A DNA stretch of 64,000 bases from Octopus sinensis (GCF_006345805.1 NC_043008.1:68758001-68822000), one strand, 5' to 3'. Positions 1-14,209 are shown, counted from the first letter of the stretch. The notes: a model not told the origin generated them from the letters alone. Program-made: numbers and translations.

Positions 1-479
1 TGTCTCTCTCTCATTCTCTATCTATCTGTCTGTATCCTTGTCTCTATCCTTCCCCTATTTTCTTCTGTCTTTCTATATATGTTGTTTGTGTGTATATGTA
101 TGCCTTTCTATTTCAGGAACAACTTGGTGTATTGATGAACGATTAACGGATTTGGAGAGCATAAAAATTAAACTCGTAGCTGAGAAAAAGTCAGCTGACA
201 AGTAGGACTGGAAGCCATCTGAATATTGGAAAACTGTTACCTGTATGATAATGATTCGCGCCGGGTGTCAAAATGTCGGCGCAAACATGACTGCTGCTCA
301 ATATTCTGTGAACATTGTTAAGCTGTAAGACGTGACATGGAGACTAAGCAGCCGTGGCCAGTAGAATAGGCATTCTGTTTGCACCCGCACGTGAAAATTA
401 CTCCAATAACTACATGACAGGGTGGTGGAAGATCCAAGCAAGGGAATCTGGGCTTTGACGAGAGAGATGGTTGCCGGAG

Positions 480-1265
480 TCACCACTATGAAGCTAGCGT
501 ATGGATGAGGACCTTCTCTACCACTCGCATATGATGCGCAAGGGACAACTTCTGATAGCCTATGCCAAGAGTAAGGGGAACCGCTTGACGAAGTCAAAGA
601 AGCTCACGAACAAGCTGAAGCATCGTGGAGAGCCGGTGATGATCTGGTTCTTCTCAGATGAAAAGAACTTTTAATGGGCCAGTCCCCCAACGTCAAAAAC
701 TTCTCAGGACCAGTTACTCAATGTCATGAACAACAGGTGGCTTGCTAACAATCCACGAGATTGCAGAAATCCCACGTACCACGAAAACAAAGCTACCTAA
801 AATGTTGATGGTCTTTGAGTGTCTCCAGTAATTGAGACGTCATGCCACCCCACATATTTGAACAAAGCCTTTAGCTCAGTTCAGACGGCTATGTGAAGCT
901 GCTGGAGACTATGGTCAAACTCTGCCTGGAGAGGATTACTGTTGGAAATCCATATGTATGTAGCAGGATTCGGCTCCTTGCCATACATCCAAAAGGAGTC
1001 AGTAGTGACTGTCGGAGAATTTCTGATACTTTTTCAGCCCCAATTTCTTGCTTTATAATTCCACCGATTGTAATCCTATGGATTGCTGCGTGGGACGCGG
1101 TTGAGAAAGACTCCAACCGCTCTGTAACACCAAGGCCGAACTGGTGGCCAAGATCAAAGAAGTGTTCGAAGATCTTTCTAGGGACACAGTAAGGAACGCA
1201 TGCGTCAAGTTCCGGGGCCGTCTTGAGACCGAGGTGGAAACTGAGGGCGGCTATTTTAAGAAAAC
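480..1265 (+). mobile_element. Degenerate maT (DD37D-like, Tc1/mariner superfamily) transposase relic
   Basis: Frameshifted translation gives MRKGQL, NKLKHRGEPVMIWFFSDEKNF, QQDSAPCHTS, NSTDCNPMD, WDAVEK and EGGYF, which are maT-type motifs; stops and frameshifts present. Confidence 0.8.
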
Positions 1266-1399
1266 TGGTATTTCTCAGCCATAATGAAGTTGATATTTTA
1301 TATATTTTTGAGATTTTTAAAATACTTTTATTTTTGGACCGGATATAGTGTTTGCTTTTCTTTTAATGCCAACTGTCAAATTTAGCCCGAAAACCATAT

Positions 1400-1652
<253 letters not shown>

Positions 1653-1995
1653 TATTAAAAACAGAAAGGAAAAGGCAAACCGTTTGGCCAAACTTACAAA
1701 GACAAATAATTTAGATATATAATAAAAAGGTATACTAATTGTACTTGAAAGTTTTGCAAAACGATTTACCGTTCCAGTTCTGTTTTAATCTATACCTATC
1801 TGCTCAAAGAGAAGCCACTCCCAACCGCTTCAGAAAGGCAGTCGCATCATCACATGTTCAACTGCAGTTCAAACCGGAGTTTTAGTGGCAAAACAAAATT
1901 GAGCACTCAGAGTGCATGCCGATTAGTTGATTCATCCTGACGAAAGTTCCTCATGTCTATATATATATATACTATATATATATATTATAATATAT

Positions 1996-2074
<79 letters not shown>

Positions 2075-2194
2075 GCGTGTCTGTGTATGTGTGTTTGTAT
2101 GTATATGTATATATGTATGTGTGTATGTATATAATGCATACATACATACATACATACATACATATACATACAGACACACACATAAAGTCAAATG

Positions 2195-3240
2195 AAAGCA
2201 TTTTACATATCCTATCCACAAAGGAGGAAGCAGAGCAAATGTTAAAATTTATTGGCCTGTCTCGTTAACCTTACATGTCAGTAAAACATGGAACGAATTG
2301 TCAGAAGGAAGCTGATCAAGTTCTTGGAAGGTAATGACCTGTTTCATAACATTCAACATGGTTTCCGCTCAGGAAGGAGCTGTCTTACACAGCTTCTGCA
2401 GCATTATGACTGCGTGTTGAAACAACTTATGAATCGCTCAAACACGGATGTGATACATCTTGATTTTGTAAACGCCTTTGATTAGGTGATCTATGGATGA
2501 TATATCACAGGCTGCGAAAATTCAGCAATGTTGGAAATCTGGGAGGGTGGTTACACGACTTCTTAAAAGACAAAAGCCAGACTGAAGTAGCCAATGAAAC
2601 TCTCTCCAAAGAGACATAAATAGTGAGTAGAGTGCCTCAGAGAACTTCTTAGGGCCACTGCTGTTTGAGGGGGTCCCCTCAAGCATGCCGTTAGTTACAA
2701 AGCGGCCAATTTTACTAGCTATGTCAAAGGCACAAAAATATCAAAAGTAGTCAAGAATCCACTTGATGCTAATAATCAGTAGAAAGACCTCGATTTCAGA
2801 TGCAAATGAATGCAGGAAAATTTCAAGGCCCGCTATCAGCCAGCTTCTACTAACAAGTCCAACAAAAATACCTTGGACCAAAAGGAGCGGTAATTCCAGA
2901 GTTAACCAGAATGCGGAACTTCGGAACTGATATGAGCAACGATGCACCGTTTCATGTACATATCTATAAGATTTTAATAATGTGCAGAAGAATGGGCGGA
3001 TGGATTCTGAGGACTTTCAGACTAAGGGACCAAAAAACTTCTGGACTATTACTCTCAACCATGGTCACCCCACAGTGTCACTTTAATAGCGGTACTCAAG
3101 ACAGTTCAACGGTGCTACATCAGAAAGGGAAAGATCTACGGGGAGATACATATTGAAATCCTAAAGGGGCTAATGTGAAACTCTTTGGCATCTGCAGTTA
3201 TACCAGCCCGGGAGCGAGACGTTACTGCACCATTACAAAT
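2195..3240 (+). mobile_element. CR1-like LINE reverse transcriptase relic
   Basis: ERIVRRKLIKFLEGNDLFHNIQHGFRSGRSCLTQLLQHYD...DVIHLDFVNAFD is a typical QHGF/LDF RT segment; degenerate downstream. Confidence 0.85.
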
Positions 3241-4614
3241 AGCGAAACTTCCTGGATGGGATTTGAGGCTTGCTGTCTTGCCTGTCTATGACTTTCAAGT
3301 GTTTTAACACCCGTCGCATTAAGTTCCATAAATGAAGGCGGTCTATTTTAGACAAAAAAGTGCCCTTTTCGAAAGTATGTAACGGAGAATAACGTTTTTT
3401 TTCTGCCATGCAAGTTGACGTGGCGTATAGTGTGTGATTATTTATATATACGCGTCTGTGTGTGTGTATATATATTTATATATACGTGTGTGTGTGTGTA
3501 TATATCTATATACACGTGTGTGTGTGAGTGATTGTGTCTGTGTTTGTCCCCCACCACCGCTTGACAACCGACCGGTGTTGGTGTATTTACGTGCCTGTAA
3601 CTTTGCGGCTTGGCAAAAGAGAACGATAGAATAAGTATCAGGCTTAAGAAACGAAAACGTCCTGGAGTCTATTTATTCGACTAAAAATTCTTCAAGTTGG
3701 TGCCCCAGCATGGCCGAAGTCTAATGACTGAAACGAATAAAAGATAAAAGCTAAAAGATTAAAAATTTAAGTATGGCACGATCCTTCCAAATCCTGCTGT
3801 ATTTCGCATGAAGTTTTTGGTATGTGAGTCGATTCTACTTTTTTTGACCCGAAGTTTTGGTGTCAAAAATGAGGATTTGTATACTGGAAAATAGAGTAGT
3901 ACAAAGCAGCGAAAATTGCTTTTAAAAACAGCTTCTTTTGTGGATAATACGCAGGGAGATTATTGGGAAGCCTTGATATCAAAATATATGAATGTAAATA
4001 TATATTTAAATACACTAGAGTTTCAATTTTTAGCAGTCCAAATAGGAACTTGGATACAACTTTCTTGTGCAAGTGCAGTCAGTCAAAAGCTCCGCATACC
4101 GGATGCCAGAAGGTTTCTGGGGTCATCAAGAAAGAATTCGCACGGTTTCGGGGCCTTACGCATTCTCTCGTCGATAAAATGCAGAAAGATTATTGGGAAG
4201 CCATGATAAAATATATGAATACCAATATATTTTTGAATACACCAGTGTTTCAACTTTTAGCAATTCAGATAGAAATATGCTGTGAAATTCCTACTGAGAG
4301 GCAACCAAATATGTATTAAAAATATCGGATAGTTTAATTCCAGTTACACAAAAGCTAAGACACTGAAAATCCTCTAACAATTCCGTTGTTCATTATTGAT
4401 TATGTATTTAACTAGGAGCAAGAAAGCCTCTCTCTCTTCTCGGCGTAGGCATGGACAAAGTATGTTTAATGGAAAAACCAGTTGCCCATAAAACAAGTCT
4501 TCAGTCAGCGCCTCAATGATGCTGTTTCAAAGGCAAGGAAAGGTTAACAAAGCCTGGCACCAGTGTTGTCCAATCAAGAGTCATATAATTATACAAATAA
4601 TATACATGCACACG

Positions 4615-4682
<68 letters not shown>

Positions 4683-5619
4683 TATGTACCCATATACATA
4701 GAGGCACACACATTTATATACATTCATACACGCACACGTATATACATATTTACATACTAAATACATGTATACTTTTATATATATATATATACACACAAAG
4801 GAAACGCACACGCACACACATCTATCATCCATCCATCCAACCAACCATACAAACAACCGCCTGGTTCGAAAGTCAACGCACAGCATTTTCCCCGAACACA
4901 TCTCAATGCTGGTGTTCGTTCATTGTTAGATTCTGACAAAAGACGAAGCACCACAAACGACAAAATATCTAGGTTTTTATTCAAACACGAAAACCCAGAT
5001 ATTTAGTTATTTCATATCCATACAAATAGAGACACAATCATATACGTGTGTGTACGTATTGTAAGTGGGAAGAAAAACACCTACATACGCGCGCACACAA
5101 AGATGTATGTACGTACGTTTGTATATATGTATGTATGTTTGCCTGAATGTATGTAAGCCTCTGCGTATTGCAATATGTTGCATACATGAGTATATTTATA
5201 TATTTTCATTAGCATAGGTGAGTGAAGAAGCATCATTGTACCGGAGAAGAAACATATTTCATCTTGTATAAAAATATGAAGATAAATAAAACTGTATAAA
5301 ACTAAATAAATAATCACAGAGTATATACGCGGAAAATACGTTGATATATTCAGTTTCAAAAGATACACAGGCATATCTATAGATTATCGAACTAAAGTAA
5401 AGCTTTAAAAAGGGGCTAAAATAACTCCTAAAATATTATAAATAACGCCAGATAACATAAAGAGAGTAGCATAGAAAAAGAATTAAATAGACTAAAATAG
5501 CAATATATATATACATACAGAAAAATGTGAATATGTAAAAATGCGTGTGTATTGTTATGCGGCAAAAGAGGGCGACGTGAGTAAATCTAGTATGGAAAAG
5601 TAGGCCCCTTATGAACTCT

Positions 5620-5656
<37 letters not shown>

Positions 5657-5735
5657 ACGGGTAACTAATTTATCTGTATACAGACAAGCACACGCAAATG
5701 CGCACGCACGTCTGTGTAAGTATGATTGTGTGTAT

Positions 5736-5789
<54 letters not shown>

Positions 5790-6172
5790 AGATATATATA
5801 TATAATATATAAATATATGCATATATGGGTACAGGACATTAAAAAAAACGTTGAACACAATGAGAAACGAAAACATAAAATCAAAAACATAGAAAACGAA
5901 CTTTTATTCGAACAATGAAAAGACAGGGAACGAGACATGCAACATAAAAAGTATTTCCCTTCATCAGTTGTCCCTGTTTCATCTACTCCACGTTCCCGAA
6001 GGCAAGGACAATACACGACTTCGTTGAAACAGTCCTTCCCGCAAAGCAAATTAAATAAAATTTGGTATATTTTGCTGAGGGTGAAAGTGGTAACAAGGAA
6101 ACCAGGAAACCGGCTCTATAAGCCAGGCGTGGCTCCGAGAAGGAACAAACAACAATTTCTTGCAAGTGGAAA

Positions 6173-6425
6173 CGAGTGGCTTAGTGGTTATGGCGTTGGA
6201 CTCATGATCGAAAGATTGTAGTTTCGATTCCTGGACCGGGCGCCGCATTGTATTCTTGAGCAAAACGCTTAATTTCACGTCGCTCCAATCCACTCAGCTA
6301 GCAAAAATGAGTGATCTTGCGACGGACCGGCGTCGCGTCCGGGTGGGTAATTTATACAGTACGGAAACCGGGAAACGGACCCTTATGAGTCGGTATGACT
6401 CGAGAAAGAAACTTTACTTTTACCT
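6173..6425 (+). mobile_element. tRNA-headed SINE, family C (other copies 30345-30600 minus, 55608-55790 plus)
   Basis: Box A-like TGGCTTAGTGG and box B-like GTTTCGATTCC; body shared among three copies. Confidence 0.75.
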
Positions 6426-7024
6426 TTAATTCCTTGCAACTACAGAATACTCAAAACTTGCAGATACACACATTCCATTACATAGCCATGATATGATTTA
6501 TTACGAGATGGAAATGAATAGATAATCATATTCCCAAATATGTTCCAAGACTATAGCAACGTAGTCATTTAGCATTCTCACCTATACTAATAATCTACCT
6601 TCTAATTAATCTGCAATTAATATCGAAGTTCTGTATGAAATTATCCCGAAGTTTATCTCTAATTATCGTAATGTTAATTACTTATGCATCTATAACCCTT
6701 ATGAATGTATCTATTTACTTATCCATGCATCTGGCTTCTCTTCATGTACCGTGCTTATTTGCTTGTAGGCATGCCAGAAGAAAAGAAAGCGTGTACGTGA
6801 GAGAGAGAGAGAGAAAGGGACCGAGAGAGGAGAGAGAGAGAAAGGGATAGAGAGTTAAACAGAGAGAAAGGTGGTGGAAGATTCGATAAAAAAGAAGGAT
6901 AAGTATTGTTCGACTTTCGTTTTCAAATACGACGAAGGTATATCTTCACCTAATATATAACAACAGTAACGATACCAGTGAAGTAAGAAGCTTCGGGGCA
7001 CACACGCTCCCCACCCCCACACAA

Positions 7025-7072
<48 letters not shown>

Positions 7073-7151
7073 TGTGTGTGTTGTGTGTGTGTGTGTGTGT
7101 GGGAGGTAGCTGTAAGTGTGAGTGTATGCACACATAGATATATTTTTACTC

Positions 7152-7183
<32 letters not shown>

Positions 7184-7281
7184 ATGAGCCATAGGTGTAT
7201 GTACATATATACGTAGATATATGTATATACTTTTACACATTCACAGACACACACACACATACAAATACACATATATATACA

Positions 7282-7500
7282 ATGTGGTAAGAAGCTTGCT
7301 TCCCAATCACATGGTTCTGGGTTCCGTCCCACTGCGTGGAACCTTGGGCAAGTGACTACCACTATAGCCTTGGGCCGACCAAAGACTTGTGAGTGGATTT
7401 GGTAGACGGAAACTGAAAGGAAATTGTCGTATGTGTGTGTGCCGGTTTTTTGTCACCCCGCGCTATCGCTTGACAACTGATGCTGGTGTGTTTATGTCCC
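7282..7500 (+). mobile_element. SINE family A, partial copy
   Basis: Matches the full copy at 15743-16152. Confidence 0.8.
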
Positions 7501-7703
7501 ATAAAAGGATGACTTCCCTTTGCAAATACTGATAGGTCATAGAAAATGCGTCAATAGCCAGCTGGAGGAGATGTCTTCCTGGGGCTACCAGCTACAGTAG
7601 CATCGACCCTCAAGGGTTAACCACATTTAATCTAAAAATTTACTTCACGATGTCGTGCAGCTACTGTTTATACCTCACTCAGGGATTTAATATTGCTTGT
7701 TAC

Positions 7704-7755
<52 letters not shown>

Positions 7756-7770
7756 ATAATATATATATGT

Positions 7771-8752
7771 AAAAAGAAAATAGAGAATTACTGATGAACA
7801 ACAGTTAACTTACATCAATTATTATTTATTAATTCAATGCAAATAGTTATTACCTCCCGTTAACCAGGAATATTTCCATAACTTTCCTACGGAATAAATT
7901 CGTTTCAATGTCTTTACTAATTTCACTTTCTTATAAACAAGCTGTTGTACGATTTCCAACCCTAACCATCTTACTTTCTAAATGTCCGAATAGGTTCCTA
8001 TCTTAATATTTATTCCATAATATTATTTTTTAAATTTAGTTGCTGTTCATTTATTTATTTATCTTTCCCCGTATAATAGTCTCAATAGCTGGTCTTTTGT
8101 TTTCAAATTTCAACTGACTAATTACATCGAACGTTTGACCTTGTCCTTATCTCACTTCGAACAACAGGTGGACGGGCTTAACACCTACTAGTAAATAAAT
8201 AAAATTGCATTTAACCGATGAGCACTTTATTATGATTAATACTATTAATTAGTACTACAAACTATTATAAATTATCATGATTAATATAAAACCTTACTCT
8301 TTTCCGACTAAAACCTATTGGCTAAAACCTTTTCCGACTAAGACCTATTGGCGTATCCTTCTATTATTTTAAAAATTATTTATCCATCTTATCCACCCCA
8401 CACCTGTACAAAAGATTAATCCACCAATTGCTATTTTGTTTTAGTCTTTTACTTAACATCGCAAAGAGACAAGCAAAATGGTATGATTACAACCATATTC
8501 AACTTTTCTCCTTTTCTTCTCTTTGCTCTTCTTTATTTATTCTTCACTCTGATGAAACTCCTTGTTTCAGATCGGTTTTATTACCAAATATGATCAATCT
8601 TTTTACTTACTTTTGCATATCGATGGCAATACCATACAACATTGGAAGCAGAAACAGCTGTGAGATGGGATGCAGTCTATTTGCATTGAATTAATAAATA
8701 AGAATTGATGTAAGTCAATTGTTGTTCATCAGTATTTCTCCATTTTCTGTTT
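7771..8752. repeat. Inverted repeat pair of about 76 bp (7771-7846 and 8677-8752)
   Basis: CTGATGAACAACA...TCAATGCAAATAG recurs as a near-identical reverse complement. Confidence 0.75.
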
Positions 8753-8937
8753 TCTTTAAATTTTGATTCATGATAAACCCATGTTTATCCTTGTCTTTAC
8801 CTATAATTTATGAGCATAATATGTTTGCATATGCATGCCCATGGTTAAACATAGGTAATATACCAGTAGTGCAATAGATACTTCTATCCCTTAGACAGTT
8901 ATTTTAATTTCCAAATCAACTAACCTATACGTATATT

Positions 8938-8977
<40 letters not shown>

Positions 8978-8988
8978 CATATATATAT

Positions 8989-9039
<51 letters not shown>

Positions 9040-9084
9040 CATACACACAGACACGCACAGACACAGACACAGATACAGACACAA

Positions 9085-9121
<37 letters not shown>

Positions 9122-9122
9122 G

Positions 9123-9863
9123 AGAGAGTGCGATGGGTAGATTATCACCATTTTATATTTTTAATTTCGCTCACGCGCACTGTTTGTTTTTGATTTTGTC
9201 TACTACACAGTATAATAGGGTCAGTTGGTTAGCATCTATGAGAAAAACACCATCTGGACGTAATTCACTCTGCAAGAAATTTGGAAGCGACACGCTGTAC
9301 TGCTGGCCATTCGCTCCAATACGAACATTTCTGAGTGTTTGGGTGTCAATCTGAAGACAGTGCAATCTGAGGACATGTATCGAAAGTGATAAAAATCAAA
9401 CATCCAGTCAACACCATGGTATTTGGAGTGATCACCAATAATGGCGACGTTATGCATCCATTTACCTTCCTACATGGCCTCAGATTCAACACGGTGGCCG
9501 ACATCAAGCACATGGAGTGAAGAAGATGCTGCACATCACCCCTAACATCTGTCCACCTATCACCCCAGACTGCGACCGCCTTGATTATTATTCGTGGGGC
9601 GCAGTTGAACGAGAGACCAACAAAAGATGAACTGAAGGCAAGGATTATGACAGCATTCGCCAATTTAAACAAGGAGACTGTCCAGAAGAGTTGCAGGAGA
9701 TTCCAAAATAGTCTGAGGCTACAGTTGAAGCCAATAGCGATTCTATTGGCTAAATTTACTCTTTAATATTTCAAGATATTTTTATGTAATTTTGGTAAAA
9801 TGAGATGTGAGTACTATTTCCATTTTTGCGTAATTTAGACGATAGTTTATTCACCGCACCCAG
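9123..9863 (+). mobile_element. Internally deleted maT-like transposon
   Basis: KHPVNTMVFGVITNNGDVM, DYYSWGAVERETN, KDELKARIMTAFANLNKETVQKSCRRF; degenerate TIRs, right end CACCGCACCCAG|TA. Confidence 0.75.
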
Positions 9864-9870
9864 TATATAT

Positions 9871-10439
9871 ATAGCTAGTTATAAAATCTCGAGAAGCGAT
9901 AGAGTAGTAACGTATACTAAACAGTAAAGCGAGTAGCCACATCAAAGTGACAGATGAATGTTACTACTGGTTTAACCCCAGGCGGATTCTCCACCAGCTG
10001 GTTTTCGGTGCAAGCCCAATACATCGCTAAGGGGATCGCGGGACCGGCCGGTTTCGAGCTATTTGGCTAACAGTCGCGCACACCTGCGCTGTGGAGTTTA
10101 ACTAAGATCCACTTCTGCCAGCGATATATTATAAACAAAGTGACCACCGGTCACTGATTTTCAACAAGCAAAGTAGCTAGTTATAAAATCTCAAGAAGAG
10201 ACAGAGGAGTAATGCAGGTGTGTGCGGCTGATGAGAGCCAAATAGCTCGAAACTTGCCGGTCCAGCGATCCAGTCAGGATCCAGAAGGGTAGTAGGGAAT
10301 CGCTCCCCCTGCTAGCGACGTATTCTACATAAAGGATGCAGAGCTTGCCCCGAAAACTAGCTGGCGGAGAATCTGCCTGGGGTTAGGATGAGGGCTAGTA
10401 GTAACATTCATCTGCCACGTTGATGTGAATACTCACTTA

Positions 10440-10445
<6 letters not shown>
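9871..10445. mobile_element. Hammerhead-bearing fold-back element (PLE pLTR-like), arms about 9915-10090 and 10213-10445
   Basis: Arms are reverse complements (CAGATGAATGTTACTACT, CCCCAGGC..TTCTCC.CCAGCT); direct repeat TAGCTAGTTATAAAATCTC near 9871 and 10175. Confidence 0.75.
10224..10266 (+). ncRNA. Minimal type I hammerhead ribozyme candidate
   Basis: GCGG-CTGATGA-GAGC caaata GCTC-GAAAC ttgccg GTC-CAGC: complete core, 4-bp stem II, GUC triplet, one mismatch in stem I. Confidence 0.75.
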
Positions 10446-10493
<48 letters not shown>

Positions 10494-10577
10494 ATGACAT
10501 CAGGGAGTATAACTCCAAACTTACAGGGAAAAATTCAATTTAGTATTAAATCAAATTTCACAATTTAAATATATAAA

Positions 10578-12424
10578 ATATAAATTAGAGACAAAACCCA
10601 CTATTATGCAATTCAAACAATGATAGACATAAAACAAATCATAAGTAAAAAATATAATATATTTTTAAAAAGTATGTAACTAGATCACATAAAGTATAAA
10701 AATGAATAATCAAGATGTAATAAGTAAAAAATCTACGTGCATTTCATGGCTATAATTAAATTCGAATTACAATTAAATTTAAATTCAGTAGAAAATCAAT
10801 TCAATTTAATTATAGTCACTCTTCAGGTTAATAATAATAGTTAAATAAATAAGCAAATAGAGTTAGATAATAATTTAAAAAAATAAATAAAATAATGATT
10901 TTTCTTATAGAAGAAACTCCATTAACTAAATTTGAAACTTAAAATATTAGAATCAGTTTCATACAATACATTTATTATGTAAATATTTAAGGTAAAAATA
11001 GAATAAATAGATAGAAAACTGTATTTATCTGTGAAGATATAATTTAGCTTAATAAAAAACATTAATAAACTATAGAATATCTTTAACCTAGTTATACTCT
11101 AATATTTAATTACCAAACTATTTTACAAAACAATCACTCTTAATAATTTTAGATTTTAGTTCGCATATAATAATTATTAAATAATAAATACATAAAAATA
11201 AGTATCTAAATTATAATCAACAAATATATAGTAATGAAAATTTTATATTTTTTCTATCAATAAACATATAAACAATAAATAGATTTGTCCTTTATTACTT
11301 ACATAAATATTATAGATATCTTTAGAAAATATTTATGAAATACAAAATAAGAATTGAAAATTTCCAAAGTAAAAACGTATAACCTATCTTTATGAAATAC
11401 TTATTATTACTGTTATTATTAAATGTAATAGTACTAGAAACATGATATGACTTGAAATATAATAAGAAACTTATATTTAAATTAAAACATTTTTACGATC
11501 TAGATCTCAAAGTGACTAACTAATATCTTAAAATTTACGTTCAGATATAATAATTATAAAATAATAATAATTAAATAAATGTACAAATCTAAATTATCAT
11601 TAACAAATAAAAAATTATAAATTCATATTTAACAATCTATACTTATATATAGTACAATAATATTTCTTAAATAAAAAAGGTTACTTATCTCTCCAAAAGG
11701 CGTATTATTAACTAAAAAATTTCAAAACGAAAACGTATTATTTAGCGTTTATAAATTACTCGTGAAATTACGTTGCTTAAAGAAATAGAAGAAACAGATG
11801 GAAATATACATTTAGTCAATGAAAACTACAAATATATTTTAGCTTTCACAGAAAAAAAATATTATTGTACTCTATATAAGTATTGATTGTTATACATGAA
11901 TTTATAAGTTTTTTATTTGTTAATGAAAATTATTTTTATGTATTTATTATTTTATAATTATCATAATTTCACAGATAAATACATTTTTCTAGTTATTTAC
12001 TCTTATTTTTTACCTTAAATATTTACATACTAAATGTATTGTAGGAAACTGATCCTAATATTTTAAGTTTCAAATTTAGTTAATGGAGTTTCTTCTATAA
12101 GAAAAATCATTATTCTATTTATTATTTTTTTTCTAATAAATACTGTTTAACTCTATTTGCTTATTTATTTAACTAGTATTATTAACCTGAAGAGTGACTA
12201 TAATCTTAAATTGAATTGATTTTCGATTAAATTTAAATTTAATTGTAATTCGAATTTAATTATAGCCATGAAACGTAGTTTTATTTACTTATATATTGAT
12301 TATTCATTTTTATACTTTTTGTGATCTAGTTATATGTTTTATAAAAATATAATTTTTATTTATGATTTATTTTATGTCTATCATTGTTTGAATTGCATAA
12401 TAGTGGGTTTTTTCTCTAATTTAT
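10578..12424. mobile_element. AT-rich fold-back element with arms of about 460 bp, each carrying a hammerhead-like core
   Basis: About 10578-11040 is the reverse complement of about 11955-12424; CTGAAGA (12187-12193) ... GAAACGTA (12270-12277). Confidence 0.8.
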
Positions 12425-13548
12425 ATATATATATAGGCGCGATAACAGCCACCGATGACCATTATAATGCTTTGCTTCTATGAAGGCTTTAGAGTTACGC
12501 CTTCATACAAACTAACACGATGGTCGTCTTTCATATACTGTCTAAGCCACCCTTCCGCCTTCCTCCCACTACTCTCTGTCTAAACACTCCTCAACTACTC
12601 TTTCTTATACACTTAGTTCTCCACATTATCAGTCCATCTTTAATCTCCATTCTGTGAACACCTCAAATGTAAAATTCTTGCCTGAAGATGGAGGCTGCTG
12701 GTATCTGATGATGGAATCAATCTACAACCATTATTGTGGACCAACAACTGTCGGTCTCGTAAAACTCCTACTCAAGCCTCTTATAATCCTATGCAATACC
12801 TAACCACTATATTTCGGCACATATTCCTAGATTCCACAACATCTGCATTTTTACATTCCAACATGAATATTGCTATTCTATTTCATCGAATTAATTTCTT
12901 TTTTGAAATATTTAGGCTAAGTTGTGTTATTACAAACGTTTTTGGGAGTTATTTTAGCGATGTTTAGAGATTAAGATCGATAATGTCTGTGTGTGATTGT
13001 GAATACATATATGCGTGTGTATATACACTATATACACTTAGACTTGCACACACACACGCACGCGCGCGCACACACACATAAGTGTCTTTCTGCTGAAGAT
13101 TAAATATACCTACTTATTTTGCGCATGCATACTTCTTGAATACTTAAAACTATTTCTATTTACTTATTCTCCTCTCTCTTCTTCTCACTCTGTCTCTCTC
13201 AACACACACATATGTATATATATATATGTATATATATGTGTGTGTGTGTCTGTGTGTTTATCTATCTATCTATCTAGTAATATATAGCTGATTTTGTGTA
13301 CGTCTATACTGGTATAGGTTTTTAAATGTGGTTAGTTTCGTTTTGTGTCTGAATGAAAACAGACATTTTATCTTTTCAGATGCTTCGCCTTTTGCAAGAA
13401 TCTTATTAACACGCACTTGTCTTCAGATTTGTTATGGAACATACCTTCCGTTGACCTTTGTCCTTATATCCTTACATAAATATTTGTTTCTGCCCGTACG
13501 CATGCTTCTCTCCCTGTCTCTGTATTCGTTGTCCGTATGTGTGTTTGC

Positions 13549-13603
<55 letters not shown>

Positions 13604-14177
13604 ATCACTTCAACTTGGTTGATGATAGCCGTATCAATTAATATCGGCATCATCCTGATAATCTGCATTATGTCTGTGTATTCTGAGGTGACTCTTCAGA
13701 CCAGCGCATTTGACCTCCTGTGTCATCAAACATATATAATAGATAAGACGCAAAATTTCTACAGGGTTTAAATAGCTTACATGTTGTATGGAAATTGTAT
13801 GCACATTCATGTGCCTTATCAAACCAGTCAGTCTGATAGTATTTACTCTACCATGAAAAAAAATGTAGTAATTCATTATCGTCGCATTTTGACTTTACAA
13901 ATTACTGTGTGATTTCATATGATTTCTGTAGCTAGCATTTGACAAGAGTTGTTGGTCATAAAAATTGCATTTCCAACTCTTAATCGTATCTGGTGCGTCC
14001 ATGATACCATCCGTTCTCAAAATACGTTTTAACTGTCCATTCTGCAAATAAGTTCATGTATGTATCCTATATGTATGGAGCAGCTGATAATGGGTTGTTT
14101 ATGTCTATTTAAATTAAGCTGTCAGTGTAATGTTTACATATTTGTTTATGCATTTCCCCTTTCTTTCTTTCTTTTTT

Positions 14178-14209
<32 letters not shown>

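Noticed and set aside
117-205. Possible terminal exon after TTTCAG (TTWCIDERLTDLESIKIKLVAEKKSADK*)
   Set aside because: Only 28 codons, no recognisable protein, and it could be a transposase C-terminal scrap.
5935-5975. Minus-strand CTGATGA with AGGGAA/TTCCCT stem
   Set aside because: The stem is not followed by GAAA, so there is no hammerhead topology.
10578-12424. Mitochondrial insertion (NUMT) suggested by extreme AT content
   Set aside because: No recognisable mitochondrial gene, tRNA or rRNA motif; the inverted arms explain the structure.
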